From: Haplodiscus bocki
Lineage: Eukaryota
DNA length: 64,000 nucleotides
Assembly (NCBI GenBank): GCA_965655095.1
Contig: OZ296655.1
Span: forward strand, 14,446,001-14,510,000
Reading direction: 5' to 3'
In this document: in pieces, positions 59,601-64,000 of the stretch
How positions within the stretch are numbered: position 1 is the first letter of the stretch
How the letters are laid out: every line of letters begins with the position of its first letter
Notes under the pieces: model-generated
What the model saw: only the letters and a program-made list of their open reading frames with translations
The model's database searches: none
Told to the model about the DNA's origin: nothing
Made by a program: the position numbers and the translations under genes

Positions 59601-62600
59601 TTTCCGGGTTTCTCAGTATTAATGACACATGACCGTGTTTCAGGAATTTTGTTCATAACAAGAGGGTCTCATTTGCAGTGTCTTGATTTGTAAACTCATT
59701 TGTATTTGGGACGTCCCAGTGTTGCTAACACTGGCAAGTTTGCGTTGGATTCTCAAATTTTGCGTATTTTGAAAACTTCTCGGCGAGTCACGTTGGTCCT
59801 GTTTTCCATTTCGTGAAGGCTGTAGCTAAAACTTCTGTTGGTTGGAGCATTGTTTGAGCACTAAGCGACATTCGGATGCGATTTCGTATCGGTTCTTCAA
59901 AGCGAAATATCAAAGTAGTTTTTACCCAAGCGATTTTCACAACTTCCTAAATAATGTTTTGGCCTCCGGCGATGCAGCTGCTTTTCTTTTAGCGTCAATA
60001 ACCGCGTTTTTCTTGGAAAAATATTGATTTTTAATTCTTCTGGATTATTTAATAGACACTAGTTGTGCGCAAAAATCAAATTTGTGACGTTTGTTTACCC
60101 TCCGAACTCCTTTGGTTTCTCTTTTTCTAGAGAGTTGAGCTCCATGTTTTAGGTTTTGTCCTTGCTGCGAACAAAGTTCTATATACCTCGCGGATTTTGT
60201 AGATATATTCTTGATGCAGCCTTTGTCGATTGTACGACTTTTTTGATACAATTTTAAGACCCTGTATTTTTCTCTAGCTTCCGCTGCACCAGATCGAAAC
60301 CGTTGATGCTTGTGTGAGTGATGAACTTTCAAAGTTTCATTGAAGATTTCCTGAGTGACCAAACCAGTGTCTTGATTTCGGTGATTCCCATTTTTCTGAT
60401 AAAGTATTTTATTATGCTGTAACAAGTCGTCAAAATCTGTTGCCTTTTTTGGAAGCTCAGCATTTCTCTGGTATGAGAGTGATGCTATGTTCCTGCAGAC
60501 GGGTAGTATTTCAACGTTCTCAATTCAAAGTTCCAATAAACTTCAAAACTGCAAAGTCTGCTTTCGAGTTGAAACTTGTTGCCACTAAAGGCTTAGTGTT
60601 TCGCAATTTTTTTTGACGCCTGGTAGTCTCTTCGATTTTTGTGGGTCAGCAAGGCAAAGTTTTTTCTTAGCAATTAAGATTGCTCAGCAGTATGTTGGTC
60701 AATCACTTCACAAACGACTATTACAATACCTGTTTTCTATCGAGGTATGTCTGCCAACGTTGACGAACTGAGGTCAAAAATCTTTAAAAACATTTCTTGT
60801 GAGAATCATTTGCTTTGCTACAGACCCAAAATTTTCTTTCTAGTGGCTGCAAGTGCTCATCTGTTAGAAGTTCTTTTCTACGCAATCCACTGAGGGGTTG
60901 TTTGGCAAGTGTTTGCAGGACATGCATTTCAATGACAGCAAAATATTTTTCATTTCTGATTGGTTTCATAGTGAACTTGGTGAATTTCCTCAAGTTCACG
61001 CTTTGATTTGGACTGCAAAAGATTGCTTCAGTGAAACAGTGGAATCTAATGTTTGTTGCTCCACAACAACGTTCCGGTGGAATTTATTGACTGCACTTGG
61101 GTTGCGCAGTTTTATAGTGGGTGATTGGACTCGGTTATGAGACTTGTTTTACCGCTACCAGCCATAAAGTTGTTTCAGAGCTAATTTCATAGTCAGATGA
61201 AAACTGAAAAATGGAATGAAGTTTCCTGCTGAACGCCCGAATACTTTATTTCTGCTGGCTTTACCTACTAAAGTATTCACAACCACCTGTCGGAAGGAAC
61301 AATAACAGTTTCAAAGAAACACTGATTAGCCGATTTTAGTGACTTTGATTGTTCTGTCAGCATTGATCGGCGTCTATGTGGTGGCAAGCATCATTATCGA
61401 ACCGAAAATGACTCATATATTTCTCCAACATACTCTCAATTTTTGCCTTCGACCGATCTAGTACCAGTCTGAGAAATCTGCGTCAAATACATGAGTAGCC
61501 AAATTTCTCTCAAAGTTTGTTTGGGGCCTTCGAGTGGAAGACGTTTGTACGACTTCCATTTTCAAGAAAAGTCGAACATCAAAAGTGCTGGAATCCAGCT
61601 GACAAAAATGAAGAAGGCAGGAAAACGTGGAAAAAAGTCTTTAACCTCTCGTATGTTGAGTATGGCTGAATCTCTGTGGCGGTCATTGAAATTTCTTTAC
61701 GTTGTGACCAACACCCAAGTGAATCGCGTTGCCACTGACCTGCAAGAGGAACGGTCTGGAATAGTGATGGAAGCGAAATTCAGATTTTCTACTACCATTC
61801 AATGTCTTCTCCTTTGGGAGGCAGTGCTCCGTTAGACACAGCAAGGGTTTGCTCCTTACCGTTGCTACACGGAAAAGCAGAAGCTGCCTATAATTGATGC
61901 CGAAAAACGTACCCAATCTCAGGCCCAAATAACCGTTTTTGGTTTTTAACGCCCCCTGAACCAACCTCAGTGCTCAAAATGGAAATCTTATTCAACGGGT
62001 TCTTGCGCTTCCTAAAACCCTTAAAGGTCACACCCGAAAGTCTACTGAATGAAAGAATTAGGGATGGCTGGATGACCTCGGTTTTTGCATACGCCTTGAA
62101 GTTTTGTACAATGCGGCTTTTTCGAACTACTGTCGGAACTTTTGCAATAGAGTCCCCCTTTCTCCAGGCAGTGTTCTGAAGCAATAACATGTACAACAAA
62201 CGCTAAAGAAATTTGTTCAGTTTTGCTAAAAACTGAAACAAAACTGTTTTTTTTTCAAACATCGTTTCGCAGAGTACAAATAACCTTGCGACTCAAATTT
62301 TGAAATCTCTGGGCCAGCACATAACCAAAAAATACTTTTCGTCCCAGCCAACTAGGAATTCTGTTTCTGTGAGGCTTCTTTTGCGAGATGCCAAGTTTCT
62401 GGAGTTATTGATCTTGTTCGGTGTTTAGTACTTGAGCAATTACTCTTTCTTTCGGGGCCATTTACCTTTGTAGATCGTTTTTCTGCAAGTGTTTACTTGA
62501 GCTTCCAGCAAGCAGCACAAAATACTACAGTGGTTTTTCCGTGCACGACGCCCTGCATTTTAGCAGGGCTATCGGTAGCCAAATTTCTGACGATTTAGAT

Positions 62601-64000
62601 GCGCAAAAAGAAGCTTTGTTTTCTCCGTTGTTATTTTTTCTTACCGATATATGAAATGTGAACACAACCTCGGTGCCTCATATTACGTGGAAGCGAAAGA
62701 TCCGAAAAACACGCCACAACCAAATTTGAGGACTCATTGGAGTAGGTATAGAAGATTTTGGTGTACGCTTTTTTTCATTAGAGAGTCATTGATCTTCTAC
62801 ACTGCCTTTAATAAAGATCAGGTCACAGTTGTTCCAACAAGTACACGGAGGAGCCATAGAAAGCTTCGTTGTGTCTTAGCGACTCTAGCTGGTGGCTTGC
62901 GATGCTTCGTAACGGGTGTCACTGCCGATGGAGCATAAAGTTTGGTAAAGAGATAAAGACAAACAAAGGCTTCAATCCCTTTTCCTGTTGTTGAAAAATA
63001 AACCTTGAGTCAGTTTGTTTCATATGTTTTGAAGAGACTTCATCAAGTTTTTGTGGAAGTTACTTATACGGAGCGTTTGCATGATTAATTCAATGATTCA
63101 AGCAGATATCTGGTCAGCGACGAACGTTGTTTTGCACGCCATTTATGAAAAAAGTCTTCATTTTGGATAAAAGTTGTCCTTTCGATAGATAAATTTTGTC
63201 AAACACCACCTTCGTCAGGAAATTTTTTTTTTGCTCAGCAATTCTGTGTTAGCTATTTTCGAACTCCAGATTTTGGAGCATTACGTGAGGATGGGAAACC
63301 CACAAGGAAAGAGGCTTCTGGATTTCATCTTGAATTTGTATGTGTCAGGTGCAGTTAATATGACGTGTTTTCAAATCATCGGCAACACCTGTAAATTTTT
63401 TAAAAAATGGTTGGACTCCACTCCGGATAGTTTGAAAAGGTTTAGTACAAGAGGTATAGAAACAGAGGCTGTTGAGGCGCGATTCTTTTTGTAGAAACAA
63501 AACAAAACGTGCCGAAATTTTTTTTCAAGCAAGGTTTTCAAACAGGAATTCAAATTGGGGTTGCTGCAACAATACCCTTAAACAAGTTTTCGAAAGAAAC
63601 GTTGCTTCGAGCCAGATGGTTTGTTCATACAAGTTAGGTGTGTATTGCGCCCTATTTCTAGTATGCCATTGCTGAAAATACTCTGTAGGCAACAGTGTCT
63701 AGGTGAATGATTCAATGAAAATGATGCAAATAATGTTCTTAGCGTATCTCAGGCCGGAGTAAGTTCTTTGTCACCGCACATACCAAACCTGGATTCCTAA
63801 AGCTGTGTTGTTATTCGTAAAAAGTGTTGCGTTCTCCATCAAGTTAACAGTTCCGGAATCTGTAGATTTGTTCAACTTCCTTGTAAATCTATGCGGCTCC
63901 AACAGTTCACCAAAAACTGGGTGACTTTGATCCAAGCTTGACAACCCAGATTGTTGGTTGTGAAAATTCTCATTCTGGTTGAAAGAGCAATTTTGCGTAG
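56622..64000. mobile_element. Large unknown element, degenerate copy D (truncated 1-kb module plus body; runs off the window)
   Basis: Collinear with copy B, with conserved decayed reading frames such as SDFDCSVSIDxRxCGGKH (+ strand, ~46410 and ~61338) and FxGxLHxxxF...FVxLxHFxxETxV (- strand, ORFs 41657-41878 and 57664-57888). Confidence 0.75.

Noticed and set aside
32900-64000. Polinton/Maverick or Helitron identity for the large repeated element
   Set aside because: Size and tandem arrangement fit, but I could not read pPolB, FtsK-like ATPase, rve integrase, adenain, capsid, HUH-Rep or Pif1 motifs, long TIRs or TC...CTRR ends. Not formally excluded given the decay.

Overview
AT-rich, repeat-dominated eukaryotic (probably invertebrate) DNA. 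I could not identify any host gene, RNA gene or CRISPR array. The first ~26 kb holds three LTRs of one Ty3/Gypsy family (2420-4240 is a clean solo LTR with a perfect 5-bp TSD), a decayed gag-pol region with an antisense, apparently intron-containing zinc-finger gene, a decayed CR1-type LINE and small non-autonomous repeats. A young, 5'-truncated RTE LINE (29768-32090, 19-bp TSD, (ATG)5 tail) is the only long intact ORF. From ~33 kb to the window end there is a head-to-tail array of old, collinear copies of a large (probably >15 kb) gene-dense element whose proteins I cannot recognise. Its modules are delimited by a recurring 18-bp site, CCACTG-GGTRGT-CAGTGG (inverted arms around an asymmetric 6-bp core). 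One 1.6-kb module between two such sites carries a decayed tyrosine-recombinase-like gene. This recombinase-plus-att-like-site modular array is the best candidate for an undescribed system. All alignments and identity estimates were made by eye.
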